Made by a program: the position numbers and the translations under genes. A stretch of DNA of 35,880 bases from Octopus sinensis (taxonomy: Eukaryota). This document shows positions 1 to 11,014 of this stretch, piece by piece; the first letter of the stretch is position 1, and the number at the start of each line of letters is the position of its first letter. The notes beneath the pieces are model-generated. The model was not told the DNA's origin and searched no databases. It saw nothing but the letters and a program-made list of their open reading frames with translations. The stretch lies in the NCBI RefSeq assembly GCF_006345805.1, contig NW_021826273.1, forward strand, positions 1-35,880, given 5' to 3'.

Positions 1-90
1 GATAGATAGATAGGTAGATAGATAGATGGATAGAGAGAGAGACAGACAGACAGACTGACAGACAGACAGTCAGACAGAGGAGGGAGAGAG
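1..90. repeat. (GATA)n/(GACA)n/(GA)n compound microsatellite
   Basis: Direct reading of tandem units. Confidence 0.95.
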
Positions 91-417
91 GGATGTAAGT
101 AGCTATGGATATATGTGAGAGGTTTCAATAGATTCCATTTATATACCTCATTAATCTGTACACGCAGTCATACATATCATATATACACCTATATAGATTA
201 CATGAAAGTGTAAATCTAGATGTCAATGAAGTTGTATATTTGAATGCTTGTATAAATTTTGTTTACATATTCGTGTGTGTGTGTGTGTGTGTGAGGGTGA
301 GAGAGAGAGTGAGAGAGAGAGATAACGAGTGCTGTGCTTGTAGAGATTAGATGATGATAGGACGCACATAAAAATCAAGACACACAAACCCATAGACAGT
401 GTGTGTGGTCCTGTATC

Positions 418-439
418 GCATATATATATATGTATGTGC

Positions 440-472
<33 letters not shown>

Positions 473-666
473 ATATATATTATATATGTATATATATATA
501 TACATATATATATACATATATATATATGTATATATATATGTATATATATAGTGTATATAATATATATATATATATATGTATTATGTATATATATATATAC
601 TATATATATATATGTATATATATTGTTATATATGTATATATATCTACATATATATATATATGGTAA

Positions 667-710
<44 letters not shown>

Positions 711-791
711 GTATATACATATATGTATATATATATTGTATATATATATATATATATGTATGTATATATATATATGTATGTATATATATAA

Positions 792-826
<35 letters not shown>

Positions 827-850
827 ATATATATATATATATATATAATA
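418..850. repeat. Degenerate (TA)n microsatellite
   Basis: Direct; source of the spurious YI-rich ORFs. Confidence 0.97.
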
Positions 851-935
851 TACACCCTGCACACATACACACAACACACACCACATATATGTATGTATTT
901 ATGTTTGCCTGTCAGTTTACTCCTGTGCTTCGGTG

Positions 936-939
<4 letters not shown>

Positions 940-988
<49 letters not shown>

Positions 989-995
989 GCGTGCG
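940..995. repeat. (TG)n microsatellite
   Basis: Direct. Confidence 0.97.
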
Positions 996-1334
996 TACCA
1001 TCATCATCTAATCTCTCCGAACTCATCTTAAAAATTTGAAAGAGAAGAAACGGTAGAACTTATGGCGAAACGACAGCCGAGTTAAATGTTGTTCCCTGTG
1101 GGCTGCTCAATTGATGTTTACTGGTTATACCGTGGGACCGAAGAAACAAAATACAACGAAATAGATACGTTTTCTGTGAGACAATAACAGCATTCGACTA
1201 GGAATAGGCGGCGCGGCGGGGGAGGACTGTTGATATTTTTATATCTTTTTTTTTAAAATTGATTGATGGTTATTTATTGAAATTTGAGGTTATTTGAAAA
1301 GACATTTTTTATTCTGATTAATATCTCTGTCACT

Positions 1335-1510
1335 CATTGCATTGTGACCATGCTGGGGCAATGCCTTGAAGGGTTTATAAATGAGCAAATCTACCCCAGT
1401 ACTTTGTTTTTTTGGGGGTTTTTTGCGTGTATCTGATACTTATTCCATCAGAGTATTTTGCCGAACCGCTAAGTTACAGGAATGTAAGCAAACTATCATC
1501 AGCTATCGAA
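1335..1510 (-). mobile_element. Degenerate 3' half of SINE family A
   Basis: CCATGCTGG...CCCCAGTACTT...TTGCCGAACCGCTAAGTTAC matches the intact copies at 19935-20330 and 27591-27988. Confidence 0.75.
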
Positions 1511-1770
1511 TTGAAATTTGAGGTTACTTGAAAAGACATCTTTTATTCTGATTAATTTTTCTTCCACACTGTAGAACCGAACCACTAACCATGTAACTGG
1601 AAAGCAAACTTCTTACCACGAAGCCATGTCCCTGACTATAAATACTCTAGAAATTGAAGGCGATGAATTTTCCCAAGGATTTTTGTTACTTTTGACTTGG
1701 CCCCTTGGGGTCCAATAATTTATAGACTGGTGTGGGGTGCAAGAAGAGTAATATGGTGAATAGCATATCC

Positions 1771-1985
1771 ATTGCATTGTGACCATGCTGGAGCATTGCC
1801 TTGAAGGATTTATAGACGAGCAAATATACCCCAGTACTTTTTCTTTTGCGTGTATCTGATACTTATTCCATCAGAGTCTTTTGCCGAACCGCTGTGTTAC
1901 AGGGATGTAAGCAAACCATCATCAGCTATCAAGCAATTATGAGATGACAATCACAGATACAAAGACACATAAACCCATAGACAAT
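1771..1985 (-). mobile_element. Degenerate 3' half of SINE family A (near-duplicate of 1335-1510)
   Basis: Same motifs; shares private variants (CATTGCATTGTGACC, GCGTGTATCTGATACTTATTCCATCAGAG) with the 1335 copy. Confidence 0.75.
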
Positions 1986-2019
1986 GTGTGTGTCTGTGTG
2001 TGTATGTGTGTGTATGTGG

Positions 2020-2055
<36 letters not shown>

Positions 2056-2251
2056 TAAGTTGCTTCCCAACAAAGCATATTTCAACCGGTATCAACTTTA
2101 TATTTATACGCATCATTGCTTAGCGCCTTTATTCAGTATTTTATTTACGATGAGCCGCCGACTAGTCCAACAAGTCCTATAGTACGATGATGGATATATA
2201 ATAACAAAGACCTGTCTTTCTTGCCAGTTTGCAGCGTCCACCTTTCCAATC

Positions 2252-2301
2252 ACTGGTGCTGAAGAGAAGATAACAACTCCGAAATGTAAGCGTCCGCCAG
2301 T
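2252..2301 (+). ncRNA. Type I hammerhead ribozyme motif, canonical core
   Basis: Helix I ACTGGTG(2252-58)/CGCCAGT(2295-2301); CTGAAGA 2259-65; helix II GAAG/CTCC with one mismatch; GAAA 2281-84; helix III A-T,T-G,G-C around loop TAAG; GUC site ending at 2294. Confidence 0.75.
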
Positions 2302-2704
2302 CTGCTTAGGGGGCACTACGAATTAACTTGGTGTGTTTACACCTATCTGTCTACAGCGAGAAATTTTCTTCATTATAAAATACAATGAATGATTTCCTTA
2401 TTGGTTCGAATATGCTGCAACCATATTTGAACTGGTAACAAGTTTGTTCTTACTCACATCACTGTTTAGTGCTATTATTCTGTATTGTAATAAAGAAGTG
2501 AAATTGAAATAGTGCGTGTGTTCATTGATGTCATAATGACCCTCTCGAGACACCACAAAATACGTTCCAACACACGTGTTCTATCTAGAATCTTGCAAAC
2601 TTAACACAAAAATTTGGAATTTTAATAAAGTATTTGAACAGCAAAACAAAAACTACGTAACTCAAACTTAGATAAGAAAAACCTCTGCTAATGAAAATTC
2701 TATC

Positions 2705-3370
2705 ACCTGGTATAGCTGCAACCGCAGGATTTTGGTTTCAGTCCCACTGCGCGGCACCATGGACAAATGTCTTCTATTATAGATCCAGGTCGATCAATGC
2801 CTTATGAGTGAATACATGAACCAGAACATTCAAAAACATTCAAATCCAACGGGTTGTGCGCCTTCATGTATGCTTCCGCGTGTGCCTTCTATGCCTCTTG
2901 CTGGTCATAGAATGTATGTATGTATGTATGTATGTATGTATGTATGTATGTATGTATGTATGTATGTATGTATGTATGTATGTATGTAGTATGTATGTAT
3001 GTATGTATGTATCTATCTATCTATATCTATCTATCTATCTATCTATCTATATATGCATGTATGTATGTATGCATGTATGTATGTATGTATGTATGTATGT
3101 ATATATACACGTATGTATGTATGTATGTATGCATGTATGTATGCATGCATGTTTGTTTGTGCTTAATCTTATCTCGCATCACCGCTTGACAACCGGTGTT
3201 GGTTTGCTTACTTCACCGTAATCTAGCGTTTCGACAAAAGTTACCGATGGAATAAGTACTAAACGAAAAATAAATGAAATAAATACTGGGGTCGATTTAT
3301 CCGTCTAAGCCCTTCAAGACTCTACCCCCAACATGCTCGTAGTCCAATGTCTGAAACAAATAAAAGATAA
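2705..3370 (+). mobile_element. Old, degenerate SINE family A copy with expanded internal (ATGT)n/(ATCT)n
   Basis: Head remnant TTCAGTCCCACTGCGCGGCACC...GTCTTCTATTATAG; microsatellite 2912-3150; tail CGCTTGACAACCGG...CTGGGGTCGA...CTGAAACAAATAAAAGA. Confidence 0.75.
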
Positions 3371-3915
3371 CAGACTTTTGCCGCCATTACTACCGCCATC
3401 TAATGACCTCAGATAAGTCTGACCTTGTACTACATCTGGTCACGGCCATGCGACCTCTTTGTATCTCATTGTCTCGTCCCCTGTATACTATCCCCATTTC
3501 CCCACTCTTACTGCAGGCCCGATACTAACTGCTCCACACGCTCCTTTCTGCTCCGGAATGTTAATCCCCCGGAATTTCATCCCCGCTTCTGTTTTGACTG
3601 CAGTTGTTGATAAATGACATTAGGCCGAATCAGTGTCTCTGATCTCGAATGACCTGGACAGTTATAGACAGACAGACACACACACACCTATCTTATAGAA
3701 TGAAGTATTAAAATAAAAGCCCCCACCATACACACACGCGAACGCACACAAACACACACACTTACACACACGCATGCACGAACATGCAGGCTTATACACA
3801 CGCTTGTGTGTGTGTGTATGTGTGTGTGTGCATTTTTTCTCTCCTGTTCCAGCTCAGAGCTGCGATATATATATATATGTATATATATACATATACACAC
3901 ACGCATTTATATATA

Positions 3916-4089
3916 TTCTCTTGTTTCAGTCATTTGACTGAGGCCATGCTGGAGCACCGCCTTCAGTCGAACAAATCGACTCCAGGACTTATTCCTTGTA
4001 AGCCTAGTACCTATTGTATCGGTAACTTTTGCCGAACCAGCATCAGTTGTTAAGCGATGATGGAGAGAAAAACAGGGATACACACACAC

Positions 4090-4137
<48 letters not shown>

Positions 4138-4320
4138 CTGTGTGTGTGTGTGTGTGTGTGTGCGTGTGTGTGTGTGTGTACGATGGGCTTCTTTCAGTTT
4201 CCGTCTTCCAAATCCACTGACAAGGCTTTGGTCGGCTCGAGGTTATAGTAGAAGAAACATGCCCAAGGTGTCAGCAGTGGGACTGAACACGGAACAATGT
4301 GGTTGGGAAGCAAGCTTCAT
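3916..4320 (-). mobile_element. SINE family A, internally deleted copy
   Basis: Tail TTGTTTCAGTCATTTGACTG, internal (CA)(TA)(TG) repeat, head GGGACTGAAC. Confidence 0.88.
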
Positions 4321-4324
4321 TCAT

Positions 4325-4690
4325 TGGACTGTGGCCATGCTATAGCACCGCCTTGTAGAGTTTAGTTGAACTAATCGATCCCGATACTTACTTTATTTTT
4401 TTTATAAATCAAACAATTATTCTATCAGTCTCTTTTGCTGAACAACTAAGTTTAGGGACACAAACATGCCAACACCGGTTGTCAAAACAACACATAGACT
4501 ACACACACATAGATATATACATACACACATACGATGGGCTTCTTTCAGTTTCCTCCTTCAAATTCACTCGCAAAGCTCTGGTTGACCAAGAGTTGCAGAA
4601 GAAGAGCTTTTAAAGGTGCCACACTGTAGGACTGAACCGCTAACCATGTAACTGAGAAACAAAGTTCTTACCACACAGCCATATCCCTGA
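4325..4690 (-). mobile_element. SINE family A, degenerate copy
   Basis: GACTGTGGCCATGCT...ACGATGGGCTTCTTTCAG...TTACCACACAGCCA. Confidence 0.82.
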
Positions 4691-4814
4691 CTATAGATAC
4701 TCTTGAAATTGAAGACAATGAATTTTTCCAAAGCTTTTTGTTACTTTTGTCTTGGCCCCTTGGGTGCAAGATGAATAATATGGTAAATAGCATCGTATAC
4801 ACACACACACACAC

Positions 4815-4882
<68 letters not shown>

Positions 4883-5042
4883 GTATATATATATATATGT
4901 GGTGTACATTTAAACACATAAGGAATCCACTCGTGGAATTCAACACGTTAGAAAGAACAGCTAGCTTCTATAACCACAAAAATTAGGGATAAAATTCGAC
5001 AGGAACGAAATGAAAAAGTAAAAACATTTTACCTTCAAGTTT

Positions 5043-5123
5043 CCTGGACCAATTGGTTTCTGATTTTAGTTTAGCAAGCAAATAAATAATATTTGCTCAC
5101 GAGGTGAAATCGTCCTCAACAGG
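5043..5123 (-). ncRNA. Type I hammerhead-like motif, variant core UUGAGGA
   Basis: Minus strand: CCTG-TTGAGGA-CGATTT...[inner hairpin AGCAAATA/TATTTGCT]...AAATCA-GAAA-CCAATTGG-TC-CAGG; palindromic helix III ACCAATTGGT; GUC site. Confidence 0.6.
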
Positions 5124-5285
5124 TACACCTTGGGTTAAATACATAAACAACGAGGCAATCAAACTATATGCCTCCCGTTTATATATCCTAATTTTTCAAA
5201 ATCTACTGCGCAGACGCAGCCCTTCGCCGGCAATAAAAAAATGCCAACTTTTAAGATCGAAAATTATCCCAAAAACTTATAATAC

Positions 5286-5379
5286 TTGAACATATCAACG
5301 GGAAATGGAAAGTTAATTAAAATTTTCACCTCCTGGAGGTGAAAATTTTAATTAATTTTCCATTTCCCTTTGATATGTT

Positions 5380-5382
<3 letters not shown>
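5286..5382. repeat. Near-perfect palindrome, 48-bp arms, 1-nt spacer, 3 mismatches
   Basis: 5286-5333 versus reverse complement of 5335-5382. Confidence 0.95.
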
Positions 5383-5417
<35 letters not shown>

Positions 5418-5620
5418 TAGGTGAATGAATTATCCTATGTTTATCGTCAGCATGGAAAATTCGTTGAACCGAAACCTGGGTAGCGAATTCACGTCAGAAA
5501 CACGGTTGAAGCGACCTGTCCAAATGTAGAAACTCCGGGTTCATGTGCAGAAATTTGTGTTTTGTTTACCATGTAGGCAGTCATCGAAATTTTTGTTCGT
5601 CTTGTTGTCGAGAGAGGCTC

Positions 5621-5713
5621 CCTTTCTTTCCTGATGAGAAGATTGCATAATGCGCCCTTTATTCCTTTGGAATGAAACCATGTTGTCTTCGAAACATATG
5701 TCGAGAGTAAAGG
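5621..5713 (+). ncRNA. Type I hammerhead ribozyme, canonical core, extended helix II
   Basis: Helix I CCTTTCTTTC/GAGAG-T-AAAGG; CTGATGA 5631-37; helix II GAAGATTGCAT/ATGTTGTCTTC with inner hairpin TTTATTCC/GGAATGAA; GAAA 5691-94; palindrome ACATATGT 5694-5701; GUC, cleavage after 5702. Confidence 0.85.
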
Positions 5714-5757
5714 AATTTTGTTAACATCTTCGTTCGACTCCATTCTTTCATTTATTC

Positions 5758-6410
5758 CGCCCGTCGCATCGACCGCACCACCGCCCTGTCTCCTTCCTCT
5801 CACCCACCCACCCAACCGCACCCCCTTCCCCCTCCTTTTCCACCCCTCTACTCTACCCCTTCGTCGCAAGATACTACGTGCCTTCCGTCGCCTCCAGCTT
5901 GATCCCTAACCCACCCCTGTCCTCCTTCAAACGAGCCCGGAATCTACGCGACCTCCTGGTCCACAGCACCCTCTCTCCTTCCCCCTCAGCCTCACACGGA
6001 TCATTCCCTTGCTCTAGATCCCGCTGCAACACTTGCCCCTACATCACCAACACCACTGCTGTCACCGGCTCCAACCGGCGAACTGTACGTATTAGGTACT
6101 CTTTTACGTGCACCTCGTCTGGCCTCATATACTGCATTAAATGCAACCTATGCGGGATGCTGTGTGTAGGACAGACGGGACGCCGGTTGTCCGACCGATT
6201 CACAGAACATTTGAGGGACGTTCGCCTACACTCTTTTTCTCCCGTCGCACGCCACTTCCGCTCGGCCAGCCATTCCCTAGATGACATCTCAGTGTTTGGT
6301 CTCGCCCCCCACAATGGTCGTCCACTTTCTAGGCTCCACTTGGAGCAACGCTACATCTTCACCCTACAAACCACTACCCCACACGGACTTAACACAGCCC
6401 CCTCCTCTAA
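5758..6410 (+). pseudogene. Penelope-like element (Neptune-type) ORF C-terminus: linker plus GIY-YIG endonuclease, 5'-truncated and frameshifted
   Basis: RTPFPLLFHP...LQLDP / PLSSFKRARNLRDLLVHS; linker Cys motif GSFPCSRSRCNTC; LIYCIKCNLCGMLCVGQTGRRLSDRFTEH; VARHF; EQRYIFTLQTTTPHGLN. The YIG position reads CVG. Confidence 0.92.
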
Positions 6411-6429
6411 AGTTTTTTTTCCGGATAAA

Positions 6430-8030
6430 CACCCGAACACACACACACACCTACCTACCTCCCACACGCCTGTTCACACACACACACACACATCCATATA
6501 CACATCTACGTACATACATTCACACATTTAATCACACATACTTATAGACATACATACACACACTAACATACAAACCAACATGCACATACATACACACATA
6601 CATACATACACACACACATACACACTTACACACACACACACAGACATACATACATACATACACACATACATACGCACATACATACACACATACACACACA
6701 CACACACATCGCACATACATACTTCACACACCTATACTTACATACACACACACACATGCACACATACACGTATGCACACACACATACACTCACACTCACA
6801 CGCATACACACACACACATATACACGTACACGCACACATACACACACACACATACATACATACATTACACTTGTACACACACACACCCATACATACATAC
6901 ACCTATACACACACGCCGACACACATACATACACACAAACATAAACACACACACATACACATACACATACGCACACACACATATACTTACACACATGCAC
7001 ACACACACACACACATACATACATACACCCATACACATACACACACATACTTACATACTCCTATACGCACATACATACACACAGACATACACACTCACAC
7101 ATACATACACACACACATACTTACACACACACTCGCCTGCACGCGCACACACATGCATGACACACACCCATACACTCAACTCACATACACACACACCAAC
7201 ATATACACGCACACGCACACATACACGCACACACACACCTACATACCCTCACCCATACATACACACATACATACACACACACACGCATACACACGCATAC
7301 ACACGCACACACATACATACATACATACATACACACACACATACATACACACACCCATACATACACACATACATACACACACACGCACAGACATACACGG
7401 ACACACCCATACATGCATACACACATACACCTATACACACACGCCTACATACCTACATACACACACATGCATACACACACACACATGTACGCACATACAC
7501 ACACATATACGTACATACAGATATACTTACACACATGCACACACACATACATACGCACATGCATGCATGCATGCACACGCGCACACATACACGCATGTAC
7601 GCATACATGCATACACACACACACACGCACGTACAAATACATACATACACACACACATACATACACCCATACACATACATACATCCTATACACACAGACA
7701 TACACACTCACACATACATACACACACACACACTTACTCACACACTCGCATGCACGCGCACACACATGCACATACACACACTTCCACACATACACACGTA
7801 CATACATACACACTCATACACATACACACACACATACACACGGACATACATCTATACACACACATATACACACACATATTTACATACATTCAATCGGACA
7901 CACTGACACCCAGACATACACACAGACACACTCACACATCCACACACACACATACTTACACACACACTCGCAGGCGCGCGCCCATACATGCATGTGCGCG
8001 TTCGCGCACGCATACACACATGCATGCACC
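6430..8030. repeat. About 1.6 kb degenerate (CA)n/(CATA)n microsatellite
   Basis: Direct; source of the 525-aa HT-rich ORF. Confidence 0.96.
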
Positions 8031-8711
8031 ACGCCCGTGGGTTCCGACTAGATCTCTTGTTCGTATCTGGGGCCGGCGTGTTTCTTGGGTTTCTCTTACG
8101 CCTGTCACCGCGGGAGCACTTTTCCATCTTTCCCTCAGTTGCAGTTTGTTTCCTTAATAGCCCCACCTTTTGTACACACACGCACACACATACATACACC
8201 CACTCCCACGCACTCACACACACACATTTGCATATATATATACATTACACTTACACACACTTCAAATTTACTTGCCATACATACAACTACGCACACTGGA
8301 CACACACACACTACAACTCAACACACACACGGCACGTACATACGACGCCACCCATTCCCTCCTTCCTCCTTTTACCACTGACCACTGACTTGCGACTGCT
8401 ATGTCAACTACCTTTCGCCCTACGTACACACACTTACATACAGACGCACGAACTAACATATACATTTTTTTTATCTCGCCTTACACACACATACACACAC
8501 GCACACGTACACACTCACACATACATACACATTATTCTTCCCATTCATCGAGTTGTTACCAACCTTCCTTTCTCCGCTCTTTTGTCTTTAAAAACCAGCC
8601 CCTGTTATCCAAAACTTCCGGCCTTTCAGCATGTTTACTTCGTAAAAACTAGTCGCGTTTTTTTTCCCTCCGTTCGCCCACCTCGGGATCTTTCTTTCTT
8701 CCTTCTCTTAT

Positions 8712-8746
8712 GTTTCCGACGAAGAGCTCCGCTCGAAACGTCATAC
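8712..8746 (+). ncRNA. Minimal hammerhead-like motif in PLE pLTR
   Basis: GTTT-CCGACGA-A-GAGC(TCC)GCTC-GAAA-CGTC-ATAC; U4C core variant, palindromic ACGT, GUC site. Confidence 0.6.
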
Positions 8747-8835
8747 CCTCCTTCTTCCCGTTTTCCTGAGCGCCTAATAATAATACTTTAATTGTTCCAC
8801 GTGTTGTTGTTTTTCTGTTTTCCCGTTTGGATTAA

Positions 8836-8910
<75 letters not shown>

Positions 8911-8919
8911 GTGTGCGTG

Positions 8920-8996
8920 CGAGGGGGTGCTGAAAAGCTTCTGGATTTAGGGTGTTTTCTTTTACCTAATGCCAGGAACTTTTCACCACCACCTCG
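8920..8996. mobile_element. 77-bp Tc1/mariner-type MITE
   Basis: Imperfect TIRs CGAGGGGGTGCTGAAAAGCTTCTGG / CCAGGAACTTTTCACCACCACCTCG; TA on the right, TG on the left. Confidence 0.75.
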
Positions 8997-9068
8997 TATA
9001 TATGTATATATATGTGTGTATATAAGTGTGTACACACACAGACACACACACAAACATATATATATATA

Positions 9069-9415
9069 TGGCACCTTGGGCAAGTGTCTTCTACTATAGC
9101 CTTGGGCCGACCAAAGCCTTGTGAGTGGATTTAGTAGACGGAAACTGAATGAAGCCCGTCGTATATATATATGTGTGTGTGTGTGTTTATATGTTTGTGT
9201 GTCTGTGTTTGTCCCCTCCCCCCAATATCGCTTGACAACCGATGCTGGTGTGTTTACATCCCCGTCACTTAGCAGTTCGGCAAAAGGGACCGATAGAATA
9301 AGTACTAGGCTTACTAAGAATAAGTCCTGGGGTCGATTTGCTCGACTAAAGGCGGTGCTCCAGCATGGCCGCATTCAAATGACTGAAACAAATAAAAGAC
9401 TAAAAGAGTAAAGAG
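9069..9415 (+). mobile_element. SINE family A, 5'-truncated
   Basis: GGCACCTTGGGCAAGTGTCTTCTACTATAG...internal (TA)(TG)...TGACTGAAACAAATAAAAGA. Confidence 0.92.
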
Positions 9416-9424
9416 TATATATAT

Positions 9425-9470
<46 letters not shown>

Positions 9471-9473
<3 letters not shown>

Positions 9474-9701
9474 CCTTTCTACTTCCGGTCTTTCAATATG
9501 TGACCTCGTGAGTACCGCTAGCGATTTTTTTCCTCTGTCTTCCCTTCTCGGGATCTTTCCTTCTCCTATGTTTCCGACGAAGAGCTCCGCTCGAAACGTT
9601 AAACCCTCCTTCTTCCCTTCTTTCCTGAGCGTCCAATAATACTTTATTTGTTCCACGTCCTCGCGTTGTTGTGTGTTTTTTTTGTGTTTTCTTGTTTGGA
9701 T

Positions 9702-9706
<5 letters not shown>
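9471..9706 (+). mobile_element. Solo PLE pLTR fragment between (TA)n tracts
   Basis: High identity to 8680-8838 (CTCGGGATCTTTC...CCTGAGCG...GTTTGGATTAAC). Confidence 0.8.
9570..9604 (+). ncRNA. Minimal hammerhead-like motif in PLE pLTR
   Basis: GTTT-CCGACGA-A-GAGC(TCC)GCTC-GAAA-CGTT-AAAC; helix I GTTT/AAAC; GUU site. Confidence 0.62.
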
Positions 9707-9749
<43 letters not shown>

Positions 9750-9807
9750 CATATATATACATATATATATATAAACGCACACGCATACACCATTATAGTG
9801 TTATATT

Positions 9808-9846
9808 AAGTTCAAATTCCGCCGAGATCGACTTTAACGTTCATCC
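9808..9846 (+). mobile_element. Short fragment of SINE family B
   Basis: AGTTCAAATTCCGCCGAGATCGACTTT matches 25698-25725. Confidence 0.7.
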
Positions 9847-10115
9847 AGTGGTTAGGGCAGCGGACTCGCGGTCGTAGGATCGTGGTCTCGATTCCCAGAC
9901 CGGGTGTTGTGAGTGTTTATTGAGCGGAAACACCAAAAGCCTCACGAGGCAGGGCGCGGTGGCGATCCCTGCTGTACTCTTTCGCCGCAACTTACTCTCA
10001 CTCTTTGTTCTGTTGGCCAGCGGGGTGGCGTCGTTTGAAGGCTAAAACAATGTGAAGCGCATTGTGACCAGCGATGTGTAGCAACATCTGATTCGCCTGG
10101 TCGGCCATGTGATCT
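9847..10115 (+). mobile_element. tRNA-derived SINE family C (5' few nt missing)
   Basis: A-box-like AGTGGTTAGG, anticodon-arm-like region, B-box-like GTCTCGATTCCC, then a non-tRNA GC-rich body. Confidence 0.6.
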
Positions 10116-10137
10116 TGAGATATTATATTATATTGAA

Positions 10138-10531
10138 CTAGCAGTATCGCCCGGCGTTGCTCGGGTTTGTAAGGGAAATAACTATATAAGTATTTTTAGA
10201 GATGTAAAGTATAATAGCCATCTCAATATGGCTAAGCACAAAGGGGGGTGTTACTGTAGCTTTTTACGTTCTGAGATTTAATAATACATTTTTAGAGAGT
10301 TACTTCCCTTATATATGCTAAAAATGCATTAAAAATGGGAAAAAATGATGGTAATTTTATTTTAAATCGTAGACTTATCGTAGACGCGCGCTAATACCCA
10401 GAAGGGCTCGATATGAATCACGACTATAAGATACCCGCTTTTGGCTAAACTGTACTGCAAAATGTGGGAGTAGTTAGGAATCTAAATCGTAGGAGACAGA
10501 CACCACACAACCTCACTTTTATATATATAGA
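10138..10531 (-). mobile_element. Complete non-autonomous Helitron (394 bp)
   Basis: Minus strand: A|TCTATATATATAAAA 5' end; subterminal GC hairpin CCCGAGCAACGCCGGG (10150-10165); 3' CTAG|T; inserted in AT with no TSD. Confidence 0.88.
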
Positions 10532-10912
10532 TTATATTACATTATATATTATGTGAACACATACTTGACATTACATTCATTTTCGCCTTGAATCCACATT
10601 TTCAGTGAATCAGCAAAAGTATGAAATATAAGAAACGGAGAAAGGGAAAGCAAGAAAGAAAATAGGAGAAAAGAAAGAAGTCAGTTGTATAGACGGAGAT
10701 ATTCCAGTGTGTTTTCCCAATGGTATTTACTGAAAGAAAAGGGGATGTTACTTAGTAAGAAAGACTGAACTGTGAAGTCGGTGGCACACAACGCAACTTG
10801 TTTCTTTCTGTCTGACACAAGACTCTCTTACGCCATTTTATATATTCTCCTCCGCCGCTGTAGCTTTATAATTGATATTATTACCACCTCGCCCTTCCTT
10901 TCTCTGCATGGC

Positions 10913-10938
10913 TATATATATATATGTATATGTAAATA

Positions 10939-11014
<76 letters not shown>

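Larger units (their letters stand above)
4899..5382 (-). mobile_element. Non-coding PLE pLTR/retrozyme-like element with 5' inversion, between (TA)n tracts
   Basis: Minus-strand HHR motif (5043-5123), 48-bp terminal palindrome, and TAGCTGTTCTTTCTAA motif (4948-4963) resembling 30057-30072. Confidence 0.6.
5758..8838 (+). mobile_element. 5'-truncated Penelope-like retroelement with CA-rich 3' region and pLTR tail ending at (TA)n
   Basis: GIY-YIG ORF followed by a tail (8680-8838) homologous to solo copies at 9471-9706 and 16897-17084; linkage across the CA tract is inferred. Confidence 0.7.

Noticed and set aside
223-1039. Long YI/IY-rich ORFs (also at 10772-11823, 16720-17250 and elsewhere)
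   Set aside because: Translations of (TA)n/(TG)n, open on both strands, no protein signal
3601-3640. Possible decayed hammerhead TTGATAA-A-TGAC-ATTA-GGCC-GAAT-CAGTG-TC
   Set aside because: GAAA is broken and helices I and II are poorly paired; cannot be separated from chance
5420-5470. Hairpin as a candidate SECIS element
   Set aside because: No UGA/GA quartet geometry and no in-frame UGA in a linked ORF
5443-5490. Minus-strand CTGACGA and plus-strand GAAACCTGGGTA near 5470
   Set aside because: Each lacks the partner core or helix II
6580-8157. 525-aa His/Thr-rich ORF
   Set aside because: CA-repeat strand is intrinsically stop-poor
9847-9900. tRNA gene
   Set aside because: No acceptor stem, irregular anticodon arm, runs into a SINE body
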